64,000 bases of DNA from NCBI GenBank assembly GCA_951406725.2, contig OX597823.1, positions 45,632,001 through 45,696,000 on the forward strand. Direction: 5' to 3'. Below are positions 23,862 through 36,600 of the stretch, piece by piece. The stretch comes from Octopus vulgaris. Lineage: Eukaryota. The position numbers and the translations under genes were made by a program. Position 1 is the stretch's first letter; each line of letters opens with the position of its first letter. The notes beneath the pieces were generated by a model. That model worked only from the letters and a program-made list of their open reading frames with translations, made no database searches and was not told the DNA's origin.

Positions 23862-25115
23862 ACAAGGGTTGTACCGACAGAAATGTATCAGTGAGCATAA
23901 CATCTTTTAAAATTAACTAACATCGGTTTTTCAAATTGCATAATGTTTGTAGAGTAGCTCTTCCCATGCAATAACTCTCCTTCCTGTTTTTCTTCGTTGT
24001 AATAATGAGTTCTTAGCAAAAGCAATAAGCCGTCATTGATTTGTTGAGGAAAGAGCGTTACAAACTGTTTCACATCCACAGAAGTATACAAGCTGGTTAC
24101 GGAGATGACATCATTGACAAGAGCAATGCACACAAATGGAATAAGAAGCTTAAAAGACGAGAAAAACGATACCACGGGGTATCATGCATTGCGACCACTG
24201 ACACGAACTACCAGCGAGTGGGTCAGTTGATTCGTACGGACAGACGAGTCATAATGAGCTTGTTGTACAAATGGATTGTGGTCACAATGCATTATAGAAG
24301 ACGCAGAAGACTTTGGGTACTGAAAAGTGTGTGCAAAGTGGGTACCTCAGCAGTTGACACCAGACTAAGAGAAGAATAGCAATCTGCTCTGATCCATTGG
24401 AAGCATTTGAAACCAAACCAATAAAATCACATTTTTTCCTCGAATTGATGACAAGGAATCAAACGTATGAGTATCTTTATGATCCAGAAACGAAGGATCA
24501 GACCATGGAATGGTATCACATCTCTTCTCCAAGGTCTAAGAAATCGATGAGCCAATGATTAGCACGGTGAGCCACGGTGACTCTCTTTTGGTAGGTTTGG
24601 TGGTGGATGATAAGAACGTAATTCACCTTGATCTTCTGGAAAGCGACTGTACGATGAACAGCAAGCTGGACATTAAGACTCAAATTGTATCAGGAGGAAA
24701 AAAACCGTAAAAAGAATATGAAAACGATCTGCAGTCATCATATAGATACAGGACCGCAAATATCTTTATTAACAAATAAGGCAATAAGTACATAGGGCTA
24801 CTCAGTGGTATCCTGACCATTCAGCCTAGATTTGGCACAACTTCGACCTGTTCGGCCCAAGGATTTTATGGCATAGACGAAGTGAAAGTGGCTATGAAGA
24901 AATGGATACAGCAGTGCAACCTAGTTTTTAAACGATGATTTGGGACATAGGTTCAAAATAGAAGATATGCATCACTTGCGATGGAGTACTTTTCTGTAGA
25001 GGAAGAGTTACTCTATGAACATATTGAATTTGAACGGCCAATGTCATTGGGACAAACCATATTAATGTGATATCTTTGGCAAAACATTCTTTCCCAAATA
25101 ACTTTTGAACTTCCG
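23862..25115 (+). mobile_element. Highly decayed mariner element
   Basis: IHRSIQAGYGD, QLIRTDRRV, KVCAKWVP, YDPETKDQTMEWYH and SLDLA motifs. Confidence 0.75.
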
Positions 25116-25182
25116 CTGAATCAATTTATAGATTCAGTAACTGTTCAGTCTGCTCTCATTCCCTCTCTCAGGATGTCACGCA

Positions 25183-25219
<37 letters not shown>

Positions 25220-25258
<39 letters not shown>

Positions 25259-25480
25259 AAATTTGGAATTTTACCAATAGAACCGCAACTCCTGTTTCAG
25301 GACAACCTTATTGTATGGAATATATAGAGAAAATTATATCCAATAAAATAATAATAATAAAATAATATAAGCATTAAAAAAACTTACTATAAAATACAAT
25401 AAAATTATTTGAAAAACATTTGCAAAAATATATATAACTTAGTCTGTGGGGAGATAAGATATCTTCTTTCCCCACAGGTA
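25220..25480 (-). mobile_element. Probable Dong-type 3' UTR ending in (TAA)n
   Basis: Minus strand ends ..GAAACAGG..TCTATTGGTAAAATTCC..(TAA)n, similar to the ends at 33170-33247 and 17779-17830. Confidence 0.45.
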
Positions 25481-25484
25481 GTTC

Positions 25485-25760
25485 CATAACAGTTACGATG
25501 GGATTTTGTTCCACCAGGGTTTGCAGGTTGTCCTCATAGAGCTCTACAGATCCTCCAGGATGAGGTTTGTCTTCTAGACTGTAGTTTCCAGCTCGGAATT
25601 TCTAGAACCAGTACTGGCACTGGTTTATACTTATTGTTCAATCCCTATATACTGCATTAATATTCCTCACACTTTACGTTGCGTTGTTGCCTTTATTTAA
25701 CTCATAAAGCAAAATATGCCCAATATGCTTCTTTGTCACTTCCATTATAGCTAAGAGACT
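25485..25760 (-). mobile_element. Mariner transposase N-terminal fragment
   Basis: Minus strand reads NINAVY..CQYWF*KFRAGNYSLEDKPHPGGSVEL..LVEQNP. Confidence 0.75.
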
Positions 25761-25996
25761 TAAAGTTTTGTAGGCTTCATAGAGAAGCCTAGCTCGTTGA
25801 AGCTCAGGTTACTGAATGGAGGCGCACAGGAAGTCCAAGGTGACTACTGGAAAATGGGCTGCTATTGTTCAAGATCGACGATTCACTGATAGCAGTTCTG
25901 TTAGAAGGGGAATTTCTTGAACTACGTGGTTGGACAAGAAGCATGTGACGTTTAACTGTATGTATGTATGTATGTATGTATGTATGTATGTATGTG

Positions 25997-26028
<32 letters not shown>

Positions 26029-26290
26029 TGTATGTATTCAAAGAAATTCCAACTGTGTCTGTTTTTTATGTTTTATTTATATTCTTTATAATATTAATGT
26101 AGAATATAGAACATATTGTATAAATAATATATATAGTAAAATGAAATGAAGTACTGATTGTCTTATTGAATAGATGAAATATTGAATATAAAGTATTAAG
26201 GAACTAGTATACTTTCTTGCATTAAAGCAGTCTTCAAGGTTCCAGGTTGTGACAGGAGTGTTTCAATTGTGTTGACTGGCTCTCTTTTGT

Positions 26291-26340
<50 letters not shown>

Positions 26341-27333
26341 CATACATACATACATACATACATACATACATACATACATGCATGCATGCATGCATGCATA
26401 CATACATACATACATACATACATACATACATACATACACACACATACATACATACATACATATTCTTTAACAGTAAATCCCGCCGTTCATTTTCGCGATA
26501 ATGTTCCACTAAACTTGGGGGCGTTTTTGAAATTGACCATACATTTTCATGGCTATAGGTGTGTACGTGTGAGTGTGTGCGCTTGTGTATGTGAATGTGT
26601 ATGTGTGTGTGTGTGTATTTGTGCGCACGTGTCTATGCATATGTGTAAGAGAGAGAGAGAGAAAGAAGGGTAGAGAGAGAGAGAGAGAGAGAGAGAAAGA
26701 AAGAAGTAAAGGAAGAGAGAGAGAAAGAGGAAGCTAGCATTCCACATTCAAACGCCATAACTTTTATACACTTATATTAAATACCCAGTCATTAATCGAA
26801 TCGAAAACATTGTGAGAAAAAATCAAAGGGTACGACTGAAGTGAGCTTCAAAAGTGATGCGATTATACTGCCAAATCACAATGCCTCCAAGATTATATGC
26901 CAGCATTACCTCAGTTGTTCAACTGAAACAAAAAGAATTTAAGCAGTTAATGAGTCTTCCACAGATTTATTTACGCGTAAATTTGGATTTATGCGAAATA
27001 GTGAGGGCATGCATGTATGTATGTATGTATGTATGTATGTATGTATGTATGTATGTATGTATGTATGTGTGTATGTATGTATGTATGTATGTATGTATGT
27101 ATGTATGTATGTATGTATGTGTGTATGTGTGTGTGTGTATGTATGTATATGTATGCGTATGTGTGCGTGTGTGTGTGTGCGTGTGTATGTGTGTATATGC
27201 ATACACATGGTGCTTGACTTGAATTCTGTTACTTTTGCCTTTCATTAAACGAATGGTGAGCAAGAGTTCAAAAGACCCACCCATACACATACATACATAC
27301 ATACATACATACATACATACATACATACATACA

Positions 27334-27364
<31 letters not shown>

Positions 27365-27847
27365 GGCTGGAACTTCGAAGTCACTATTAACAACATTCTT
27401 GTTTAAGAATAACTAATTTGTACTCTACAGAATCATAGAGTAACTCGTCAGATTAATGTAAAATTGTCTTTATTATAACTGAACATAAAAACAAATATTA
27501 ATATATTTCCTCTGCGTCTCTCCGAGACAGAAATATCTGAAATTCTAAATCTAGTCTACATCTGCTGTTTTGGTTGAGCTCTTTTCGAAAGATTCATTCC
27601 GAGAAACGGTATCATCTCATGTAGATCTCACATGCGAATATCGACAACTATGGTATCCTCTTACTCTGGTTTTGATTCTCTCTCTCCCTGAATAAGAACA
27701 TGGAACTACCCAACGAGCGAAGCTTACCAGTACCAATATCTCTGTTAAGCTTGAGTACTATGTAATTGGACGGCTATGTGAATAGTCGGCATGTAAACCA
27801 ATTCAAGATAATATGGTATCCGCCGGGATAATTTATCTCTTTTTATA

Positions 27848-27915
<68 letters not shown>

Positions 27916-28179
27916 TGCACACGCATGCATGTATGCACACGCATGCATGTATGCACGCGCGCATAATTATATTATACATGTGTTGTATGTAAATGATGCA
28001 ACTTAATTTATCAAACAGTTTGGTGAAAGAGTGCCTTTATCGATTCGCTCTGTTACAGCCGTTTGCACAACGGTTCCGCTCCACCGATTTCCATGACATC
28101 TCGATGCATTGTCGCTCTTATCAATTTGTGAAGACACTTCAAAAGACAAAAAAATCCCCAGAACTAAACTCACTGGAAT

Positions 28180-29635
28180 TTTGCATTCTAGCATCATTTG
28201 AAGCATCTATGTACTTCGATCCAACGTAGATCCACTGTGACCTCTTATTTTAAGGCAAGCTCCTAACCATATTTCCCCTGCGTCTCTCCGAAACACAAAT
28301 ATCTGTAATTTTACCTCTAGTATATATCTGCTGTTTAGGTTGAGCTCTTTTCGAAAGATTCGTTCCGAGAAATGGTATCTTCTCATTTGTAGATCTCCCA
28401 CGTGAATATCAACAACTACGGTTTCCTCTTATTCTGGCTTAGATTCTCTCTCTCTCTTTCTCTCCCCTTTACTCCCCATCTTACAATTCTCTTTCTCTCT
28501 ACTACCTTGCAATATCTTCAGATCGCTAAGAAGTCTTTTTGTATTAAGCATACCTTTTGCCCTTCATCCCTGTCTGAGATCATTCTTCTCGGTGACTGCA
28601 ATGGTCACAACCCTTCATAGCTCTCACCCTCATATATTTTTGCAGCTGGCGTAGAATCTGAATCTTTTACACTCTTCTATTGTCTTCATTAACTTGATTC
28701 ACCTTCTGCCTGCATCCCTATAACCTACATGCAAACATTTCAAACAACATTGACCTCTTTCTCAAATCGAAATTAAATGCTAAGATCATAAACATTTCAG
28801 CCACTTTAAATTAGAGCCACCAGCCTCTGCAATGACACTTCCATGACTCAATCCATACTTCTTAGAGCAAGTTCATATTCCCGTCAAATACTTCTTTCTC
28901 TCTATAACTCTACACGAATATATAAGACAGTCTTTGGAAACACAATGCAGCATGTCTCATTCTCCCAAAAAGGAAACCCTTGAGTCCTGCGAACTATCGT
29001 AAAATCGTACTCAATTACGATGCCTCCATGGAAGTGCTGACAACTATTAATAAGGCGGCGAGCTAGCAGAAACGTTAGTACGCCGGGCGAAATGCGTAGC
29101 CGTATTTCGTCTGCCGTTACGCTCTGGATTCAAATTCCGCCGAAGTCGACTTTGCCTTTCATCCTTTCGGAGTCGATAAATTGAGTACCAGTTACGCACT
29201 GGGGTTGATATAATCGACTTGATCCGTTTGTTTGTCCTTGTTTGTGCTCTCTGTGTTTAGCCCCTTGTGGGTAGCAAAGAAATAGGTATTAATAAGAAAC
29301 ATTCTATACTTAATGTTCTTCAGTAAGCCATTCGTAAAGCTAAGCCTGCAACAGATCTTCTATCTCTTAATCTTTCACCAGTGAGCTCGAATACAAGAGA
29401 AATCTAGTGGAAGCAGTATCATTACTTTTAACAGCTGCAAAGCTTTCGATCAAGCCTGGCATACGAATCCCCTGTCAAAACAATGCGCATTAAAGGCAGG
29501 CGCCATCTTCTTTCCATCTCTTATGCCTTTGCTCATTGGCTTCGAATCAGGTTGCACCACTGCGGAGTTTGATATGTAGCACATATTGACCCACATCTTA
29601 TCAACTCTGGCGTGTCACAGTGTTCACTTCTGGAG
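28180..29635 (+). mobile_element. Jockey/CR1-group LINE relic (APE and RT pieces, heavily deleted)
   Basis: LSETQI, EIILLGDCNGHN, PKKGNP, KAFDQAWH and INSGVSQ motifs. A second copy of the APE part lies at 27505-27686. Confidence 0.7.
29054..29290 (+). mobile_element. SINE family B with 10-bp TSD
   Basis: TSD tattaataag at 29045-29054 and 29287-29296. Confidence 0.93.
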
Positions 29636-29695
29636 GATAGGACTGTATCTTGTGTATTGCTATTTTGTTGGATGGTATACTTGATATCCTATAAA

Positions 29696-29928
29696 GGCGG
29701 CAAGCTGGCAGAAACGTTGACATGCTAGGTGAAATGCTTAGCGGTATTTCATCTACCGTTACGTTCTGAGTTCAAATTCCGCCGAGGTTGACTTTGCCTT
29801 TCATCCTTTCGGGGTCGATAAATAAAGTACCAGTTACGCACTGAGGTCGATGTAATCGACTTAATTCCTTTGTCTGTCCTTGTCTGTCCTTTCTGTGTTT
29901 AGCCCATTGTGGGTAGTAGAGAAATAGG
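29696..29928 (+). mobile_element. SINE family B with 17-bp TSD
   Basis: TSD ggtatacttgatatcct at 29674-29690 and 29927-29943. Confidence 0.93.
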
Positions 29929-30099
29929 TATACTTGATATCCTTGCAATAATGCACTTTCTTATTACTAAGAGTAGATAGCGGAATTTCTGTTAATAAAT
30001 AACAACTATTCAATTGGCATTCTCACGTTTAGTTTAGGAATTTGGCTACGATTAAATTAATTACGGCAGTTATTCTGAAGTTGTTTCACTACATTGGCT

Positions 30100-30319
30100 C
30101 AGTCATGGCTGTATGATTAAGAAGCTCGCTTTGCAATCATGTGGTTTCGGGTTCAGTCTCTCTGTGCGACACCACGAGTAAATGTCTTCTACTATAGCTA
30201 CAAGCCGTTCAATGCTTCGCGAGTGTATTTGGTAGTCGGAAACTGTGTGGAAACCCATCATATACACATGCACGCACGCACGCACGCGCGCATGTGTGTG
30301 TGTGTGTTTGTGTGTGCGT

Positions 30320-30363
<44 letters not shown>

Positions 30364-30545
30364 GTGTGTGTTCGTCTCCCACACACTGTTTGACGACTGG
30401 TCTTTGTTCATGTTTCCGTAATTTAGCGGTTCGGCATAAGAGACCAAAAGGTTTAAAAAAATAAGTACTAGGGTCGATTTGTTTGACTAAACACTTCAAG
30501 GCGGTGTCACAATATGGGTGCAGTCCAATGAATGAACAAAGTAAA
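30100..30545 (+). mobile_element. SINE family A, diverged
   Basis: Homology to 8340-8750. Confidence 0.8.
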
Positions 30546-30843
30546 AAGGGAAAAAAAAAAACAAAGGAAAGAAAACAATATTATATATGCATAATATGGA
30601 TGCATTTAAGTTTCTCTATTGTATAATTTATAATTCTATATTGTATAATATATTTTAATGCTTAGAAATTAGAATATTAAAACAAAATATTTTGTAATTA
30701 AACAGTCTTCCGTTTTATTCGGAAGTTTTACATTTCTTTTTTAATATATGTGACGTGTGTATAGTAAAATATGCTATATAACTGTATATATAATTGTCAG
30801 GAAGTAAGTAGCTACTTTGTTTACAACAAAACATAAAGTTTGT

Positions 30844-31070
30844 TGGCGACAGAAGCAGTGTCGCTAATAAATTAGCACGCCGGTTAAAATGCTTAGCGAC
30901 ATTTCGTCCATCTTTGCGTTCTGAGTTCAAATTCCACCGGAGTCGACTTTTCCTTTTGTCCTTTCGGGATCGATAAAAATAAGCACCAGTTGAGTACTGG
31001 GGTCGATGTAATCAACTTAACCTCTCTCCTGAACTTGTTGGCTTTGTGCCAAAATTTGAAATCAATATCT
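30844..31070 (+). mobile_element. SINE family B, older subfamily
   Basis: GTTCTGAGTTCAAATTCC..CCTTTCGGGATCGATAAA..GTGCCAAAATTTGAAA. Confidence 0.8.
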
Positions 31071-31249
31071 GAGACCAATATTACTTATTAATGAAGGTGA
31101 CGAGATGACAGAATCGTTAGCACGCCGATTAAAATGCTTAGCGGTCTTTCCGCCCACTTAACGCCACTTAAACGCCCACTTAAACGCCCAATTTGATCTA
31201 ACAGAACATCCACGTTAAGTAGGCAAAAAGCACAAATAGTTAGTTAGAA

Positions 31250-31692
31250 TATTTCGTTTTTGGATTTGGTTTGCAAGATTCTTTATATGAGTTCGTGTGT
31301 TGAAGCATATACTGTTGTGTCTGGGGAGAGTCATTTTCTTTTTGTGCCTTATAATGTAACACACTCACCGGTAAAATTTCCACTTGTTTCTTATTTTTAT
31401 TTTCCTAAAATTTTCGTTGCGTCTTGCAACCTTTTCAATAGTCTTGACTAACAAACAAACAAACAAACAAAAAGGAACTTGTATCTTTTCGTTTTTTGTA
31501 AACAAAGGTCTGACCAGTAGTTACCTACTTCCTGACAATTATATCAAAAAAACAAAAAAAACTATTGAAAAGGTTGCAAGACGCAACGAAAATTTTAGGA
31601 AAATAAAAACAAGAAATAAGTGGAAATTTTACCGGTGAGTGTGTTACATTATAAAGCACAAAAAGAAAATGACTCTCCCCAGACACAACAGT
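31250..31692. repeat. Fold-back element with tail, 12-bp TSD and hammerhead-like motifs
   Basis: Arms 31311-31442 and 31561-31692 are nearly perfectly complementary, with tail 31250-31310. TSD agttagttagaa at 31238-31249 and 31690-31701. Confidence 0.9.
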
Positions 31693-32619
31693 TAGTTAGA
31701 AATTACTTACTTTAAAAAATACTTCGTTTAGCCCATTGACCACAGATTAATACAACTTAAACAACGACTGGAATAACCGTTACCGACCAACTACAGAACT
31801 TGAAAGTGTTAAACTAGAAGTTGGAGGAGAACAACTGTGGAGGATTATCTTCTGTAGAAGCTTCACTTCTTTAGAAAATGTTGTTTTTGTATGTCGTAAG
31901 ATTCCGAACGAAATGTCTCCATTGACATGAATCACTCAATCAAAAGTATAAGTGATTGATGCATTAGTGAGTTCAGACATAGTTATAGACTGATTGCCAG
32001 TGAGCAGAAACTTTCTAGTCATAGATTTGAAATCAAAGTAAAGTATTTCGTGTTGAGAATTTTAAAATGGGGGGAAAAACTAGTCGCGTAGAATTTTACG
32101 ATACAATATCTCTTTCAAATTGATTGCTGCAAAGATGAATATGTTCAGGCATTATTGCATGCATAGATGCATACATCCATTAATTCTTGTTCTTAAAAGT
32201 TATACGGCTGAAGAGAAAGACCTCTTTCTCACTCACTCACTCACTCACTCTCTCAGGCACTCACTCACAGGCACACGCATTCTCACACATACACAACGCA
32301 GGCATGTATGTATGTATGTATGTATGTATGTATGTATGTATGCATGTATGTATGTATGTATGTATGCACGTATGTATCTATGTATGTATGTGTTCGCACA
32401 TGAAGGTAACTGTATGTATGTATGTGTTCATGTATGTATGTATGTATGTATGTATGTATGTATGTATGTATGTATGTATGTATGTATGTATGTATGTATG
32501 CTTGTATGTATGTATGTGTGTATGTGTGTGCATGCGCGCGTGTGCGTGTACCATAGAGTTACTTTTATACTAGAAGCTGAAGGAGAAAACGTATACAAGG
32601 GGTCAATATATTCTAATGT

Positions 32620-33117
32620 AGAATAAACTATTGTTTTTATTTTATAGAAGGTGTTTAACGTTTGAACAAAGGTTTCTAAAGCGTTAACCTTGTACCAAAT
32701 GGAGAACATTTATGGACCACTGATAAACAGTTTGCAAATCCAGTACCCAAGATACACTTACAACTTCATACTTATTAATATTGGAACATCAGGGTACATA
32801 CCAGCACGTCTGGAGCAAAGTATGGCTGAACTTGGGCTCTTGGGGGAGAGAATGCAAATCCTTAATTTATACTCTGCAAAAAGATCACTGTATCAGGGAC
32901 CATAAAAATCTTCAAGACCTTCTAAAGATTTAAAGTATAATGGTTAAAACAAGAGGCTTTCCTTCACAGCCATGCTACCCAGTAGGTGGCCGGTCAAAAT
33001 TTGCTCCTCATTAAAAAGAGAAAGAGAAGAACATACATACATACATACATACATACATACATACATACATACATACATACATACATACATACATACATAC
33101 ATACATACATACATACA

Positions 33118-33148
<31 letters not shown>

Positions 33149-33247
33149 CCTGTTGATGATGAAATTCCAATGAATGAACCTTGAATTTAGGTTAGAAACC
33201 GGATCTTTCTCTATTGGCAAAAAATCTTAAGATAAAACTGAATAATA
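32620..33247 (+). mobile_element. R4/Dong-type retrotransposon 3' end
   Basis: ENIYGPLINSLQIQYPRYTYNFILINIGTSGYIP, internal (TACA)n, a conserved 3' stem-loop, and an aataata end. Confidence 0.78.
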
Positions 33248-33419
33248 GCATGCGTACGTACATACATAATACATACATGCATGCATACATGCACGCACAC
33301 ATACATACATACATACATACATACATACATACATACATACATACATGCATGTTTTCTTTTGGTTTTATTTACATTTTTACATTTAGAGGATGTAATCGAG
33401 GTATCAACCAAATGACAGG

Positions 33420-34395
33420 GTTATTTTGTTTCAGTTAAAAGAGGTGTAGCGATGTCAGTATGTGACAACCTACAATTGTACAATTGCTTGCGAGAAAGAG
33501 GGGTCACCATCTTGTACGTAAAACGACAAGAATAAATAAGAACTTGTGAGACGTTCATAATAGGTCATAACATATTTAGTACTGGATGTAACGCGTTAAT
33601 GTATAAGAATGGTTTGAAAGGAAAGACTTGTAGCATATTACATGAACATACTTTGCAACCACATGTCTCAAAGCAAATGAGGCGTCATCCGGAGGTTAAT
33701 TGAAAGCTTCTAGAATGCATGAGGCTGATGATATCATACGACTTGGAAGGCAGCTCCGTGAGCAGCACTCTTTGTCTGATAACCTAGAATACATGCCCGA
33801 AGAAGTCACACGATTCTTCCGAAACGTATCATCAGATGAAAGGATGAGCCTATATGATCAGAAGGCTATGCATGGACATGTTAGTAGAAAACTCCGTCAT
33901 GATAGTAACATCGATCATTAAAGCAGTTTATAATGGACGAATTGCCGGATTACTACCTCCCACTTTGAACGGTATGCGTTTGCAATCCAGGAACAGGAAA
34001 TATCAACCAAGTACCTGATGCACAAAAAGGACAGAGGTACAGGAAAACCGTAAAATGTGACAACCGGTGCAGACTTTGTGGAGTTCACACTGAAGCTACA
34101 TCCACTTCATAAGCAGTTTCCAATAAATATCATCACGGTATTATCTACCGGTGAGACACGACGTTGTAACTAGCACACTCTATAATGAAATCTATCGGAA
34201 GGATAATCCCGAAGACAAAGAAATAAGAACCCACAGTATGGTAGAAGCCATAGCCACTCTACTTAAAAAGGAGTTCCAGTGAAAACCTCAATAAAATGTA
34301 AGCACAACAGACCTGATATAAGGATTTGGGATAGAGAAGAGAAACTGTGCACAGTTGTGGAAATTAACTGCCCAGGGGATGTTAACATAAAAAAC
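33420..34395 (+). mobile_element. R4/Dong-type retrotransposon fragment (CCHC finger and restriction-like endonuclease)
   Basis: KAMHG, YAFAIQEQEISTKYL, CRLCG..E, YYLPVRHD and HNRPDIRIWDREEKLCTVVEINCP motifs. Confidence 0.85.
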
Positions 34396-34399
34396 CGTC

Positions 34400-34790
34400 A
34401 CTGACCATTATGCGCTTAAACTTTTTCCTATACATTTGTGACTCCGTTGGTGACTAATGAGCCCAGCCCTCGATACACGTCCGCAGATACTGCAGACCAA
34501 GCTTTCCCCGTTCATTACACCGACAGAGTATTTTAATGCAGCTCGCTTAAATACTGCATGGAAAATGCGCTTTTCCGAAAATACACATTCCTTGCTTTTT
34601 TTGGCTTCCTCCATTGGTGGCAAATGTCAAGCATTGTTTTCTTAATTGATCTCCCATATTTCACGTGCTTTCATTGAAGATTGCACAGTCCTTCAATCAT
34701 AGTCTTGGTTTCTGCTGAGGGTGCTTCCCAAAAACATGTTCACCACAAAGCTTAGGGGCCTCCCGATCGTTCAACCGAACATACACACTT
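34400..34790 (-). mobile_element. RTE (BovB-like) LINE 3' end
   Basis: C-terminal finger LVCSICGRVSRAGLISHQRSH. Confidence 0.75.
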
Positions 34791-35562
34791 TCATAAGCGC
34801 ACACATACAAAAATTTTACTGGATAAATCATGATCACTCATGCATTAAGCAATTGAATAACTAGTGAATCCACACAGTGGGTAACGTGCTCATGTTTTCC
34901 ACAATCTAGTTAGATAGGACACTGTTTGCAAAACTATTATACCTAACGGGAAATATATAGTCTGAGCTAAGATTTAGGTAAAATTACTTGATATGAATAT
35001 AAGTCTTAATACAAATTAAAAACTTTTCCGTACACATCGAGAGTAACTTTATAAATCTTGTGCAGTTGATTACGATCGTCAGATGTGACGACAGAATAGA
35101 AACTGAGTTCAGTAAAAGTGTCGTAGCCATCATCATAATCACTTTTCACAACCATCGGAGCGCGAAGCGCCCCTCACGAACATGCGTTCGTGAGATGTTG
35201 TGATATATAAACAGTTTTGAGTAGGAACCAGGAAGAGAAGTATGAACATGCAATGTGCATGGACACACTGCATTCGTAAAACGGAAGAGAAGAATAAAAA
35301 CGCAATGCGCATGTTAAAATAAAACGGAAGAGAAGAATGAAACATTTTATATGATGGTCTCAATGCCACGTCTGACACCACTACCACGCAACTTTGCAGC
35401 AATTTTCTTGTTTCATTTTCAGTTACAACCATTCAATATAAATTGCGTTGATGAAGCTATAACTGCTATTCATTTTCGCATTTCAATTTTGTTAATTTCA
35501 GATCTCGCTTCCTCGCAAGATTCAAAAGAATCTTGACTGACATGCAAACATGCATTCTAATG

Positions 35563-35620
<58 letters not shown>

Positions 35621-35639
35621 GTTTGTGACATTTAAGAGG

Positions 35640-36600
35640 AAAAGGTATTTATGACACAACGAAGAGTAGAATCATATTGTCTGAAGGATGTTAAATAAGA
35701 CGTCTGTGAAGGAAAATACGTCACTAAATACTGCTAATAAAATTAAGAAATCAAGGTGTATAAATCTAGTTGCAGAGTTAATAGTGGTCTCATCTCATGC
35801 TTTAGGATTTTCAAAGATGTCTTCAAAAAACTGATTAGGAAATGACAATTTCCCTTTTGTTGTAATAAAAAGACATGAGGCATAATTCCATCTAATTACT
35901 GTTGCTCTGGAAAATCATTTTTTAGCAGTATTATCTACGCATTGGCTCTTTGGGGTGTTTCACAAGAGAAAAAAAAACGTGCCCAGCCTATCTATTCTTG
36001 ACAAAAATACCTTGCATTCTTTTGTAATAAAGCATACAGGTGAAAGAACTAAATTTAGTACTTGAGGACAATAATGAATACAAACTGCACATTCTGATTA
36101 CTTGTCTTTGACTGCAAACCGTTTAATTGTCTTGCTATCGTAGCAATACAATCATAGCTTTGTGCAATTAATTTGTTTTCAAACTTTCCTGTTTCAATAA
36201 TTTAAACACGTCTTTAGATAAAGCATTTGCGGCACGTTCTGCACTGATATCATTGAAACCGATAACTCATTCTTTAGTAACACAATCTTTTATAACATAA
36301 CATTGATGTAACATAACATCGAACTGTTGACAGTCGTGAATAGTTCGATACATCAGAACATTTCGTCAACAAAAATAGTTATAAGTTAGCCTGTTAAAGT
36401 CAATTTTCTATTTCATTCAACATAACCTTTTACATAGCATCGATCAAGTCACTTTGAATTCTGTTTGATAAACCTGTGGAAACAGAGGTTGTATCTAGAT
36501 GGCTTGCAAATTTTTCATCATACTTACTGATTAGATATAAGAGTTCTTTATAATTATCGTAATTATTATTCTCTGGATTCAAAAGAACCCCCCCACCCAA
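35640..36600 (-). mobile_element. Second decayed hAT (ZMYM1-like) transposase
   Basis: Minus strand has IQSDLIDAM, GFNDISAERAANAL, KLIAQSYD..LNGLQ and VLNLVLS. Confidence 0.75.

Noticed and set aside
31150-31192. Short repeat array, CRISPR-like at a glance
   Set aside because: Tandem slippage with no unique spacers, in a eukaryotic context with no cas genes.
33165-33215. Hammerhead-like GAAACCGG in the Dong 3' UTR
   Set aside because: There is no CUGANGA strand, and a simple hairpin explains the conservation better.
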